Of a stretch of DNA of 64,000 nt, positions 16,501 to 29,765 are shown one piece after another. How positions within the stretch are numbered: position 1 is the first letter of the stretch; each line of letters begins with the position of its first letter. This stretch comes from Macrostomum lignano (Eukaryota). The DNA lies in the NCBI GenBank assembly GCA_002269645.1, contig NIVC01001265.1, positions 248,001 to 312,000 of the forward strand, written 5' to 3'. The notes beneath the pieces are model-generated. The model saw nothing but the letters and a program-made list of their open reading frames with translations. It was not told the origin of the DNA and did not search any database. The translations under genes and the position numbers were made by a program.

Positions 16501-18557
16501 CAGGGTGTGCTAGAAGGAACAGGTGTGCTAGAAGGAACAGGTGTGCTAGAATGAACAGGTGTGCTAGAAGGGCAAGGTGTGCTAGAAGGAACAGGTGTGC
16601 TAAAATGAACAGGTGTGCTAGAAGGGCAAGGTGTGCTAGAAGGAACAGGTGTGCTAGAAGGGCAAGATGTGCTAGAAGGGACAGGTGTGCTAGAAGGGAC
16701 AGGTGTGCTAGAAGGAACAGGTGTGCTAGAAGGGACAGGTGTGCTAGAAGGGACAGGTGTGCTAGAAGGGACAGGTGTGCTAGAAGGGACAGGTGTGCTA
16801 GAAGGGACAGGTGTGCTAGAAGGGACAGGGTGTGCTAGAAGGAACAGGTGTGCTAGAAGGAACAGGTGTGCTAGAATGAACAGGTGTGCTAGAAGGGCAA
16901 GGTGTGCTAGAAGGAACAGGTGTGCTAGAAGGGCAAGATGTGCTAGAAGGGACAGGTGTGCTAGAAGGGCAAGATGTGCTAGAAGGGACAGGTGTGCTAG
17001 AAGGGCAAGATGTGCTAGAAGGGACAGGTGTGCTAGAAGGGACAGGTGTGCTAGAAGGAACAGGTGTGCTAGAAGGGACAGGTGTGCTAGAAGGGCAAGG
17101 TGTGCTAGAGGGGACAGGTGTGCTAGAAGGGACAGGTGTGCTAGAAGGAACAGGTGTGCTAGAAGGGACAGGTGTGCTAGAAGGAACAGGTGTGCTAGAA
17201 GGGACAGGTGTGCTAGAAGGGACAAGGTGTGCTAGAAGGGACAGGGTGTGCTAGAAGGAACAGGTGTGCTAGAAGGGACAGGTGTGCTAGAAGGGACAGG
17301 TGTGCTAGAAGGGCAAGGTGTGCTAGAAGGGACAGGTGTGCTAGAAGGGCAAGATGTGCTAGAAGGAACAGGGTGTGCTAGAAGGGCAAGGTGTGCTAGA
17401 ACGGACAGGTGTGCTAGAAGGGACAGGTGTGCTAGAAGGAACAGGTGCGCTAGAAGGGACATGGTGCGCTAGAACGGACAGGGTGCGCTAGAAGGGACAG
17501 GGTGTGCTAGAAGGGACAGGTGTGCTAGAGGGGACAGGTGTGCTAGAAGGGACAGGTGTGCTAGAAGGGACAGGTGTGCTAGAAGGGCAAGGTGTGCTAG
17601 AGGGGACAGGTGTGCTAGAAGGGACAGGTGTGCTAGAAGGAACAGGTGTGCTAGAAGGGACAGGTGTGCTAGAAGGAACAGGTGTGCTAGAAGGGACAGG
17701 TGTGCTAGAAGGGACAGGTGTGCTAGAAGGGACAAGGTGTGCTAGAAGGGACAGGGTGTGCTAGAAGGAACAGGTGTGCTAGAAGGGACAGGTGTGCTAG
17801 AAGGGACAGGTGTGCTAGAAGGGCAAGGTGTGCTAGAAGGGACAGGTGTGCTAGAAGGGACAGGTGTGCTAGAAGGGACAGGTGTGCTAGAAGGGACAGG
17901 TGTGCTAGAAGGGACAGGTGTGCTAGAAGGGACAGGTGTGCTAGAAGGGACAGGTGTGCTAGAAGGGACAGGTGTGCTAGAAGGGACAGGTGTGCTAGAA
18001 GGAACAGGTGTGCTAGAAGGGACAGGTGTGCTAGAAGGGACAGGCTGTGCTAGAAGGGACAGGTGTGCTAGAAGGGACAGGTGTGCTAGAAGGGACAGGT
18101 GTGCTAGAAGGGACAGGTGTGCTAGAAGGGACAGGTGTGCTAGAAGGGACAGGTGTGCTAGAAGGGACAGGTGTGCTAGAAGGGACAGGTGTGCTAGAAG
18201 GCACAGGTGCTGCTCACCATCCGCAGGCTGCACAAGCTGCAGCCTCTCCATGACATTCAAATGAAACTGGTTGCCAAGCTGTAGCTGGTCGAAGTCGAAG
18301 TCAAATTGAAACGGACCGACAGCAGCGAGCGACTCCGGCTGCACCTCGGCGATGCTGGTCTCAACGCAGGGCGTCGGCTGCGGCTTCACCAGCTGGCCGG
18401 CGACTTCGGTCGTCACTGCTGACGCCTCCCCGATGTGGACTGTCGGCTTTCGTTGTCGGCGAAGCCTGAGAAGCCACAGAGCGGCGGCCGCGGCGGCCAG
18501 CAGGACCGCAGCAGCGAAGGCGCAGGCGGCGGCGAGGCCGGCGTCTTCTGCTCGCAT
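13524..18557 (-). CDS. Divergent synaptotagmin-like protein (N-terminal TM anchor + two C2-like domains), 3 exons (18557-18218, 15381-~14980, 14173-13524), ~463 aa
   Basis: The N-terminal [25 protein letters not shown] is followed by basic RLRRQRK. Both introns are GT-AG phase 1 and give one open frame of 1392 nt. C2-like strands: [24 protein letters not shown]; GRILLETT...[11 protein letters not shown]; RLEIAVE...GSLLLTW...WRQLLAPG. The exon 2 donor could be 7 nt further on in the same phase. Confidence 0.65.
14215..14865. repeat. 24-bp intronic minisatellite (GCTAATGAATCTGAGCTAATTGTT)
   Basis: Directly visible; fills intron 2 of the synaptotagmin-like gene. Confidence 0.95.
15390..15850. 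repeat. 39-bp intronic minisatellite (GGGTGTGGGATGGCAGCCAGTCTGGTCTGACTGGGGAAT)
   Basis: Directly visible; ends ~8 nt from the acceptor at 15382. Confidence 0.95.
16355..18210. repeat. 18-bp intronic minisatellite (GTGCTAGAAGGGACAGGT), ~1.85 kb
   Basis: Directly visible; starts ~10 nt after the donor at 18217. Confidence 0.97.
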
Positions 18558-18851
18558 TTTTCTTCTTCAATTGGCCACGATTTGCTATCTCTGCTTTGCC
18601 AAGTGGCCTCTTTAAGCTTCATATCTTAGCTAGTTGCGCCTTCTTTACTTTGAAGAAGCAGAAATCACAGATACGGATGGCCGTGCTCAAATCCTGGATT
18701 GGCGCGGCGGGTCAGCTGGGGCCGACTGGGGCTGTCTGAGTCACTATTGTGTGCCCCATTGTGCGTTTGAGTAGCGCTAGCGGGGGACAGTGGGACAGGC
18801 TTGGGTGAGGTCTAAAAATAGAACAGTTGAGAGAGATATTCGTGTGTACTA

Positions 18852-19436
<585 letters not shown>

Positions 19437-19617
19437 AGCTAACCAGCAGACATCATGCCGCTCTAGACCAATCACAGCTGAGCTGACAGGGGAAGCACAA
19501 GCTACATTCCCGCCTCATTTAAATGCCTCAGTTCGAGCTCAGGTCCTCACTGACGATAAGGAGTCTAGGTTTCTATATTCTACAGTTACCTAATACTAGA
19601 TAAACCGCTGGCGGCTA

Positions 19618-19968
19618 ATGATGAGGCATCAGCCAGCCGCCCTGTTGCTATCCGCGCTGCTCTGTGTTGCTGGAGCCGCTATGGCCGGCCCGCTACGATG
19701 GCCCCAGGAATTCGGTGAGTACTTTTTAGAGCACCTTTAGATATTCAAAAGATCTGCAATAAGATCTCTAACCCAACTGGCAGGCGTTGAAGATGACGAA
19801 CTAGTGCAGCCTCCGCCTCCGCTGCCTGACTGGCCAGAAGAGCCGCTGCTTGGTACCGACTTTGGCTTCGAGGAGGTGCAGCCGCAGCCGCCGCAACAGC
19901 CGCTGATTCTGCCGCGGTTCAGCAAGAGGTGCCGACTGAATGACTACAGAGCCTGCCCGATTGGATGA
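19618..19968 (+). CDS. Neuropeptide precursor, 2 exons (19618-19714, 19784-19968), 93 aa; predicted mature peptide CRLNDYRACPI-amide
   Basis: Translation: MMRHQPAALLLSALLCVAGAAMAGPLRWPQEFG|VEDDELVQPPPPLPDWPEEPLLGTDFGFEEVQPQPPQQPLILPRFSKR-CRLNDYRACPIG*. This is a signal peptide, acidic spacer, KR site, two Cys and a terminal Gly. The 69-nt intron has GTGAGT, a CTAAC branch motif and GGCAG, in phase 1. Confidence 0.85.
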
Positions 19969-20604
19969 ACATGGCGCTGCTTTCTCTTCTTGAAGAAAAA
20001 GTACTTTTAACAATGCGATGTTGAAGCTCCAGCAAGCTTTATATACAGTTGGCGATTAAAACAAGAAAATCACTGGCGGATTGCAGTTTTGCCTGTTTTT
20101 TGCCGACTTGGGCGGTCATATTTTCTGTCTTGTTTTCTCAATGGATGGCTATAATTGCTATATTATTAGAACGGAGATCAATTACAACGCAATAACATTG
20201 TATCCATGGCAGACTCAATGGATACACCAAAGAAAGCAAAGGAATTGTTGACGAATTTTGATGTCAGCTGGAATTAGCTCTAGACGATTGTACGAGTAAT
20301 TCTGCTTATTTTCAGAGATAAGCATCTGAAGGATAAAATGGGTGAACAAAGCAAAATTTTCCAGATAGCAATTTCAGTTTTTTTGGCACTGAATTCCAAA
20401 TAAAGCAAGAAAGTGTTTCGTTAGACCGGTGCACTCAACATTTTATGAAGAAAACGCTTGAAAAAATATTTGAAAATATGAAAAATATGAGCGACAAACC
20501 AATGTTGTGTTTTTTAAACAGATTTAGCAAAGATTTGCTTTTTGTACTTCATGTAAAACTAGCCTGATTTATCTGTGAGTACATCTCACACTAAACACAC
20601 AGCT

Positions 20605-20790
20605 TCCCCTGACACCGGACTCAGCCTCCCCTGACACCGGATTCAGCCTCCCCTGACCCCGGACTCAGCCTCCCCTGACACCGGACTCAGCCTCTCCTGA
20701 CACCGGATTCAGCCTCCCCTGACAGCGGACTCAGCCTCCCCTGACACCGGATTCAGCCTCCCCTGACACCGGACTCAGCCTCCCCTGACA
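20605..20790. repeat. 22-bp minisatellite (CCCCTGACACCGGACTCAGCCT)
   Basis: About 8 units. Confidence 0.9.
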
Positions 20791-21289
20791 CCCAATTTGG
20801 CACCTTACAAGGAAGGGCAGCTGACAGTACCAAAGTTTTGAAGCTGGTGCTCAGCCTACAGTGCATGCACGGATTTCAATCTCAATTGCAGAGACTCTAA
20901 TTAAACAATTATTTATTAACGATGCAATGGTATCTGTCTCCTGCTCTGCCTCAGCTCAAGTAGCCAGTCGGGACTGAAGCAAAACATTGATTTGCTTTTC
21001 TCAAGCTCCCAGTCCCAGACTAAAATGTCCCACAAATCCAAAGCACTTCAGGGAGCGCTCGTGAAACTTTAATGAACCTTGATGGATTCGACAAGTCAAC
21101 TTTGCGATTCGTTTAATTGGATGCATTGTGCGGGATTCGCAAATCTCATGGTCTATTTTTATTCAACGCACTTTTGCTTTTTGGAAGTCTGCATGGCTTC
21201 TTACTTTGAAACAATTGCTGTTGAAATTGCTTCTGGTTGCTTTGCTGTTGATTGCTATGATGATCACTGCTAGGCATTCGGTTGTTTTC

Positions 21290-21590
21290 AGTTGCTATGC
21301 TGTTGCTTGCTATATATGCCGTTGGATGCTATGCTGTTGGTTGCTAAGCCGTTGGTTGCTATGCTGCTGGTTGCTATGCTGCTGGTTGCTATGCTGTTGG
21401 TTGCTGTGTCGCTGGTTGCTATGCTGTTTGTTGCTATATATTCCATCGGTTGCTATGCTGTTGGTTGCTAAGCTGCTGGTTGCTATGCTGTTTGTTGCTA
21501 TATATGCCGTTGGTTGCTATGCTATTGGTTGCTAAGTTGTTGGTTGCTATGCTGTGGGTTTCTACGCAGTGGGTTGCTATGCAGCCGGAG
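21290..21590. repeat. Degenerate ~15-bp repeat (TGCTATGCTGTTGGT)
   Basis: Directly visible. Confidence 0.75.
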
Positions 21591-23275
21591 TACAGTAGGC
21601 ACTGAATCGAACTTCATTCAGTGCATTGCGCTCATCCTAACTAATACGAAATTCTGTCTAAACAAGATAAGAGCTCTTTTACCTAAATGCTGATTGACCG
21701 GGTCCTGGAAGGATAGATGGGGAAGGTACTGAGCGGTCATATCGATCCCCAGCCTGCGCTCTGGTCAGTCAGGCATTCACGCAGCTGTCATATGGAGAGC
21801 AGCTTCATTAGCCCCAGCTTGGGAGAGCTGCATAACTGGGAGAAATTTCCATATTTTATTGAAATTTTATTTATAACAGTTGCCTTAATTATGCAGCTTG
21901 CACTTTGCTTGTGAATGATGCAATCCATTCAAACACTTGACTTCAGTGCCTGTTGGGAGTTTGAACGTAACTCAAAGCCTAATAATTTGAGTTCATTTCT
22001 CCTTTCAGCGAAATTTCCCACTGGAGCTTCTCTCGCCGGACGGATTGCGTGAGTCAAAACATTTTTGTTATAGTTTGGGATTAGTGATTAAAATATCTCG
22101 CATATTTCTATTTGACTTGCATACATTCAATCCAATTCAATTCAATTGATTTTTAGACTAATAAAGTATATTTAGATTTCAGAGCAACCACTCCGTTGTG
22201 CAGTTCGTGCTTGAAATCCCTGTCGGGAGATCCATGTGGGGAAATCCCTGTGGGGAAATCCCTTTAGGAAAATCCCCATCAAGGAAATCTCCTGCGGGGA
22301 TTTTTTATCGAAGCCCTTAATAAAAGAACCTTTTTAAGAACCGAAACAGTCAGTTTTGGGTTGTAGTTGTACAAGTGCCGGCAAAAAGGAATATGAAAAA
22401 GAATGCTGTATTTTTATTATCCGACTGAATGTATTTTATTTCTGCACTGTTCTACTAATAGTAGCTTGATGGCTTGAAGCTAGTTTGTTATCTACAATAT
22501 TTTATGTACGTATTATCAGTATGCGTACACTGAGCTGCCACAGTTAATCAACTCCTGCCCCTACTGTTCGACTTGCCTACGCTATTAATGACTCTGCCCG
22601 CGGGCTGCACTACTTTGCTTGGTTCAGTTCAAGCAAGTTCAATAAATTAATGAATGACTAATTATCTTTCACCATATAGCGTAGCCATTTACACAATTTC
22701 ACCCGTGTTACCCGTCATAAAGTTATAGAGTAGTAAATACGCACGCAATTGGTCAAGTTCAAGATAACGTCTAAGTCTTACAGTCTTATTAATCTTACAG
22801 TCTAAGTCTAAGATAACGCACTGCGAGCCCTCTGCCCGCTCAAGTAGACAAAAATAGGTCCATCTCTCGTCGTGTCCTTTAAACCCTCTCCTTTCCTTCC
22901 CTTCTCTTCCCCAACCGACCGCCCCTCGTCGAAGCCTATGTACATTCACCAGTGTACATTGTCTTGATAAGGATGGATGGCCGCGCAAGCCTGTTTATGC
23001 AAAGAACACAACTAGACTGCACTGACTCAGTGGGCAGGAGAAGGGCAATCCCTATTTTGCATTGTCTGCCGAGTGTGAAAAAAAGCATTGCACAATATTG
23101 TCGCAACCAACGTTCTTTAGCTTGACGCAAGCAAATTAATTTATTCCTCTGACACCAACCCCAGAATACACCCTATTTTTTATAAAAAGAACTGCCAAGG
23201 TCAAACGGAGAATATAAAAGGGCATAGAGACTAAATAGAAATTCACTTGTTAATCTGCCGCTATTACGATTAAAA

Positions 23276-26200
23276 ATGACGCAAGAAACCTTGCAGCAGC
23301 AGCAACAGCAACAAGTTCTCACTGTGCGCGGAGTCAATCTGACTGTGGAGGGTGGACGGCAGATTCTGCACAATGTACACCTGACGGCCAAGTCTGGATC
23401 TATGCTGGCCGTTATGGGACCCAGTGGTTAGTGAGACTGAATTGTTATTATCTTTAAAATCCAATGCTAATTTACAGAATTAACATAAGCAAGCTTAGAA
23501 ACTGATCACACCTGCGAATATCAGTCCAGAGATAATCACACCTGAGAATATCAGTGCAGAGATTATCACACCTGTGAATATCAGTCCAGAGATTATCACA
23601 CCTGTGAATATAACTCCAGAGAAGATCACGCGTGAGAATACCAGTCTAGAGAAGATCAGATGTGAGAATACCAGTCTAGAGATCACACCTGAGTAATATC
23701 AATCCAGATATTATCACATGTGAGAATACCAGTCTAGAGAAGATCACATGTGAGAATACCAGTCTAGAGAAGATCACATGTGAGAATACCAGTCTAGAGA
23801 AGATCACATGTGAGAATACCAGTCTAGAGAAGATCACATGTGAGAATACCAGTCTAGAGAAGATCACACGTGAGAATACCAGTCTAGTGAAGATCACACG
23901 TGAAAATACCAGTCTAGAAAAGATCACATGTGAGAATACCAGTCTAGAGAAGATCACATGTGAGAATACCAGTCTAGAGAAGATCACATGTGAGAATACC
24001 AGTCTAGAGAAGATCACACGTGAGAATACCAGTCTAGAGAAGATCACATGTGAGAATACCAGTCTAGAGAAGATCACATGTGAGAATACCAGTCTAGAGA
24101 AGATCACATGTGAGAATACCAGTCTAGAGAAGATCACACGTGAGAATACCAGTCTAGAGAAGATCACATGTGAGAATACCAGTCTAGAGAAGATCACACG
24201 TGAGAATACCAGTCTAGAAAAGATCACATGTGAGAATACCAGTCTAGAGAAGATCACATGTGAGAATGCCAGTCTAGAGAAGATCACATGTGAGAATACC
24301 ATGCAGTCTAGAGAAGATCACACGTGAGAATACCAGTCTAGAAAAGATCACATGTGAGAATACCAGTCTAGAAAAGATCACATGTGAGAATACCAGTCTA
24401 GAGAAGATCACATGTGAGAATACCAGTCTAGAGAAGATCACACGTGAGAATACCAGTCTAGAGATCACACGTGAGAATACCAGTCTAGAGAAGATCACAT
24501 GTGAGAATACCAGTCTAGAGAAGATCACATGTGAGAATACCAGTCTAGAGAAGATCACATGTGAGAATGCCAGTCTAGAGAAGATCACATGTGAGAATAC
24601 CAGTCTAGAGAAGATCACATGTGAGAATGCCAGTCTAGAGAAGATCACATGTGAGAATACCAGTCTAGAGAAGATCACACGTGAGAATACCAGTCTAGAG
24701 ATCACACGTGAGAATACCAGTCTAGAGATCACACGTGAGAATATCGCGTATCAACCGACGGACCACGGGGGGACCACGTCCAAGACCAGGATCAATAAAA
24801 TATACGCTAAGTAACTAAGTAGCATGGCAAAAACTTAAACAGTAACTAAATTAATTTCTCAATAAAAAACGAATCCCCATGCAGGCTCCGGCAAGACCAG
24901 CCTCATGAACCTCATCTGCGGCAGGAGGCCGCCCTCCTCAACCATGGACGGTGAAATTCTGCTCAATAATCGAAAAGTCACTTCCCGGATGAGGAAAAGC
25001 TTTGGCTACGTTACTCAGGAGGACGTCTTTTTTAGTCAGCTCACGCTCAAGCAGACTCTCTGGGTTTGTTCAACTGTCGATATTATGGGATCTCTAATTC
25101 GGGATCAATACCTGGATGATGGGATCTCTAATTAGGTATTAATACCTGGATGATGGGATCTCTAATTAGGTATTAATACCTTGATGATGGGGATCTCTAA
25201 TTAGGTATTAGGTCTAATTACTCGTAGTGATTTATACCTGGCTAATGGGATCTCTAATTGGGGATTAATGATTAAATGATGAGATCTCTGTTTAGAGATA
25301 AACACCTGAAAAATTGGAACAGTCTTATTATTGATTTGTGATTGCCTAAATCACTCTTCCTTACCCTTGTCTGATTTCAGTTTTTCTCCCAGGTGAAGCT
25401 GCCCAGCTCAATGACCGCCAAAGACAAGGAGAAACGAGTTAACGAAGTCGTTGAACTACTGCAGTTGACCAAGTGCCTCGATACAAGTGAGACTGTCTGC
25501 GATGTCTAACTAGCAGAGTTTATTGGGAGAACGATTAATTTCTGGGTGACCAAGTCAAGTTTCGGGGAAAGTGAAGTCTCGCTAAGTGTCACGTTAGCCG
25601 ATAACTTAAAGAGTCAAATTGAGCTAAAAATAGAAATGCAAAGGAATCTCCAAGGGCACTGACCTTGGTAGTCTTAGTGACGCCCTTTCCCATATCCCCC
25701 GCAGAGATCGGCGGCATGTCAGATCAGGGCCTCTCAGGCGGTGAGAAAAAGCGAGCAAACATCGCCTGCGAGTTGCTGCGCAATCCCAAGGTGCTACTGC
25801 TGGACGAGCCGACCTCCGGCTTGGACTCCAGCCTAGCGCTCAAACTGATGGAGATCCTTGGCCGCTGGGTGGTTGAGCAGAGCAGCATCGTGGTCACCAG
25901 TATTCACCAGCCGTCGTCGCAGACGTTTCACGAGTTTCACGAACTGCTCCTGCTGGCAGACGGGCAGATCGCCTACTCGGGTAGGCGGGAGCTGATGGTG
26001 GAGTACTTTGAGGGCATCGGGGTGCCGTTCCACAAGCACTGGAATGCGGCCGACTTCATGCGTGAGTTTGTGCGCGATCTCTAATTAGCATTGCATAATT
26101 AATTAGCTGTCACCAGGTTGTCTGCTTTTTGGGAGCAGAGGGCGAGAAACTGTCACGTGTACTTAGATTTACCTAACCGGATGTCAGGGGTTGTCAGATA

Positions 26201-29200
26201 TTCTATGTCATTGTTTGTCGAGCATCTTGAACCCGCAGTGGAGGTGGTGAAGGAGAGCTCCCAGCACAAGGCGCACATCCTTGAGAACGGCAGGCAGTTC
26301 GCGGAGCGGGCCAAGCAGGAACAGCAGCAGCTGGCATCGGCCAGCGCCTCCCAGGTGCACCTGAACCTGTCCTACCAGGCCGATGCCGGTTCCAGGCAGA
26401 ACGGATTGGCAGGTCTGGACGAGGGCTCGGTGCGCATCCGGTTCACCAGTCCGGATTTCTCTCCGCAGGCGGCGGCGGCGGCAAAACTGCAGGACGACTC
26501 TGAAGGCGTTCACCTGGTGCCTGAGGTCAGCTGGTGGACTCAATTCCTAGCGCTGAGCTATCGCGGCTTCCTGGTTTCCCGGGAAGCCATCCTGTCTGTG
26601 CAGGTGCTGGTACAGACCGCCTTTGTGGCCTTCATTGTTAGCGTGCTGTGGTTCCAGGTGGCCAAGACTGAGAATAACATTGCCGATTTTATTTCTGCGG
26701 TGAGCCGTTAACAGGATTTGACTTCTAGTGGGGGATTTGAGATCTGACTTCTAGTGGGGGATCTGGGATCTGACTTCTAGTGGGAGATCTGGGATCTGGG
26801 ATCTGACTTCTAGTGGAGGATTTGGGATCTGACTTCTAGTGAGGATTTGGGATTTGGGATCTGACTTCTAGTGGGGGATCTGGGATCCGACTTCTAGTGG
26901 GGGATTTGGGATCTGGGATCTGACTTCTAGTGGGGGATCTGGGATTTGACTTCTTTTGTAGGATTTGGGTTCAGGGATTTGGGATCTAACTTCTGTTGGG
27001 GAATTTGGGATCTGGGATCTGAATTTTAATGGGGGATCAGGGATTTCAGATTTGGGATCTGACTTTTAGTGGGAGATCTGGGATCTGGGATCCGAAATCG
27101 GACTTTTCATAGGATTTGGGATCTGGGATTTGAATCTGGAGTCTGGGATTGGAGCTTCAACGTTGGAATTTAAGCCGGGATCGCTATTTAATAATAATCA
27201 TGTACATCTGCTGAAATTTTACTTAAACTCCAGATTTTCTTCCTAACAAGCTACGTAACTTTTGCACCGTTCTTCGAAGCCATAATGACGTGTAAGTCAG
27301 TTCTATAAAAATAGCATTCTTCTCTATTCCCAAGATATCCCGCGCGACCTCGTGTGACCTTTTCCTCCATTATCGCTCCCCGTTCGCATTCCTGGCAGTC
27401 TACGCCGACTTGGCCATAGTGAGGCACGAGCGCAAGTCCGGCATGTACCGCATTGGCGCTTACTACCTGGCCAAGATGGTGGTGGAGATCCCGCTGCTGC
27501 TGGTGGTGCCCATCTTCATCATCGCGCCAGCTTATTGGTGCGTTGGCTTTGCCGACTTTGGCGCTTTCGCGGCCTTCCTAGTGGTCATCACCTTGAATAG
27601 CCTGGCCTCGCAGGTGAGCTCCGGCTGGCGGGGTAGCTCAGCAGCCAGCGTGTCAAAGTCTCTGGGTTCGAATAGGTCGAGGCTCTTGTCGTGCGATTCG
27701 TGTCCGAGAGGGCCAACCCCTCAAGGCACAGAGAGTTGTACATGTCTGGCGATTAGAAAGTCAGGGCATCGACTGATTTGCCTTCTCGCTGGGTCCGCGC
27801 TGACAGTGGCCTTGATCTGCGGCAGCGCCCACACCCCTCCCCTTGCGAACTAACTGAATATACCGAGGCACGGGTACACAAACACAGACACCGAGACAAT
27901 GAGACACAAAGACACAAACACAAAGATACCGAGACACTGAAACACAAAGACACATAGACACAAAAACACAGCCACCGCGAAACAAAGACACCGAAAGACA
28001 CCGAGACACAAAGACACCGAGACACAAAGACACCGAGACACAAAGACACCGAGACACAAAGACACCGAGACACAAAGACACCGAGACACAAAGACACCGA
28101 GACACAAAGACACCGAGACACAAAGACACCGAGACACAAAGACACCGAGACACAAAGACACCGAGACACAAAGACACCGAGACACAAAGACACCGAGACA
28201 CAAAGACACCGAGACACAAAGACACCGAGACACAAAGACACCGAGACACAAAGACACCGAGACACAAAGACACCGAGACACAAAGACACCGAGACACAAA
28301 GACACCGAGACACAAAGACACCGAGACACAAAGACACCGAGACACAAAGACACCGAGACACAAAGACACCGAGACACAAAGACACCGAGACCCAAAGACA
28401 CCGAGACACAAAGACACCGAGACCCAAAGACACCGAGACACAAAGACACCGAGACACAAAGACACCGAGACACAAAGACACCGAGACACAAAGACACCGA
28501 GACACAAAGACACCGAGACACAAGGACAAAGACACTGACACTGAGACACAAAGACACCGAGACAATGAGACACAAAGGCACAGACAAAGACACAAACACA
28601 AAGACACCGAGATAATGAGACACAAAGACAAACACAAAGACACCGAGACAATGAGACACAAAGACAGACACAAAGACGGACACTTCAAAGCTGAGAAATT
28701 CACTTACAGTCTACTCCTCAGTAGTGAAAAAGGTTTTCCTGTCGCCAAATTCACTGTAGGGCATCGGAATCGTCTTCAGCCTCCTGTCCACCAATCCGAG
28801 AACGAACATGACCTTTGCCTTCATCTACATGATTTTCTGCTTTCTGACTGGTGAGTAGGTTTCTCAAAATTGTGCCAGTTAGCGCACTCCAGTTGGCAAT
28901 GACCCGCAGCCTCCCAGATTAGAAGCAAAACCCGCAACCAACATTGCATAGGCGGATTCTTCACTAAAAGCATCCCGTTCTGGTTCGACTGGGCCAAATA
29001 CCTGTCCTATATTCGCTACTGCTATCACTTCGGTCTCATAATCATACTGGAGAGGACGGACGATTTTCGGTGAGCTGTAGGAGTCAGCGGAATGAGTAGA
29101 ACTGCTTTCAGAGCTGGTTATGGGGCGATGTCGCCTGAAGGCGTTGCTCCAGGTTGCCCGCAACCCTAGCTTCTGCAAATAATTTTATACCAATCTCGCC

Positions 29201-29432
29201 ATCATCAAATTTATTAAACAGATGCGGCGAGCCCAGCCTCTATGCGGTGTGCAATAGCAACAGCACCGCAGGAAACAGCACAGCACCGCTCACCATTCCG
29301 GGCTCAGTGATTCTCGAACTGCAGCCCGACACCATCTTGCCTGTGTGGGCCAACATTATCGTCACTGTCTGTATGTTCTTCGCCTTTCGCCTGCTGGGCT
29401 ACGTGATCCTGCGCTTCTGTCGGAAAGTTTAG
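23276..29432 (+). CDS. ABCG-family (White-like) half transporter, 10 exons, ~648 aa
   Basis: Exons 23276-23426, 24885-25063, 25381-25486, 25705-26061, 26239-26699, 27234-27291, 27399-27613, 28760-28850, 28952-29069, 29222-29432, all GT-AG and phase-consistent (1947 nt). Walker A GPSG|SGKTS is split by intron 1. Also present: signature LSGGEKKR, Walker [19 protein letters not shown], and an ABC2 membrane region ([39 protein letters not shown]). An additional upstream exon cannot be excluded. Confidence 0.93.
23500..24745. repeat. 30-bp intronic minisatellite (GAGAATACCAGTCTAGAGAAGATCACATGT)
   Basis: In ABCG intron 1; degenerate at the 5' end and homogeneous further in. Confidence 0.95.
25100..25260. 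repeat. ~34-bp intronic repeat (AATACCTGGATGATGGGATCTCTAATTAGGTATT), 3-4 copies
   Basis: ABCG intron 2. Confidence 0.75.
26715..27150. repeat. Degenerate intronic repeat (GGGATCTGACTTCTAGTGGG)
   Basis: ABCG intron 5; starts ~15 nt after the donor. Confidence 0.85.
27875..28680. repeat. 16-bp intronic minisatellite (GACACAAAGACACCGA)
   Basis: ABCG intron 7. Confidence 0.95.
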
Positions 29433-29454
29433 CGGAGCTTCGAAATAAAAAAAC

Positions 29455-29765
29455 TCCTACCCCTCACTCTGCGCTGATTGGCTGTTGCAAAATGGCCAAT
29501 ATGTAACACTCATTGGACTGCCCGTCCTGATAAATAAACTGCTACCCTCACTCTGTTCTGATTGGCTGTTGCAAACTGGCATATTTCTAACCCTGATAAG
29601 TCTGTCCTGATAAATCAACTGCTACCCCTCACTCTTCCCTGATTGGGTGTTGCAAAATAGCCCATTTCTAACCCTCATTAGTCTGTCTGTCCTGATAATC
29701 CACTTCTACCCCTCACTCGGCGCAGATTAGCTGTTAAAAAGGGGCCCATTTCTAACCTCCATCGA
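29455..29765. repeat. Degenerate ~85-bp tandem repeat downstream of the ABCG stop
   Basis: TACCCCTCACTCT...GATTGGCTGTTGCAAA...GTCCTGATAA recurs about 4 times. Confidence 0.7.

Noticed and set aside
22008-22050. Short AG...GT-bounded segment as an extra ABCG 5' exon
   Set aside because: It has plausible splice motifs but no recognisable coding similarity or demonstrable connection; it may be a UTR exon, which cannot be supported here.
22689-23130. Minus-strand ORFs with a faint LINE-like phrase (RQAKERWLRQ)
   Set aside because: Too short and weak; no RT or endonuclease motif nearby.
23500-24745. 30-bp repeat ORFs ([10 protein letters not shown])n and possible CRISPR
   Set aside because: No spacers, and the array lies inside ABCG intron 1, which splits Walker A in phase.
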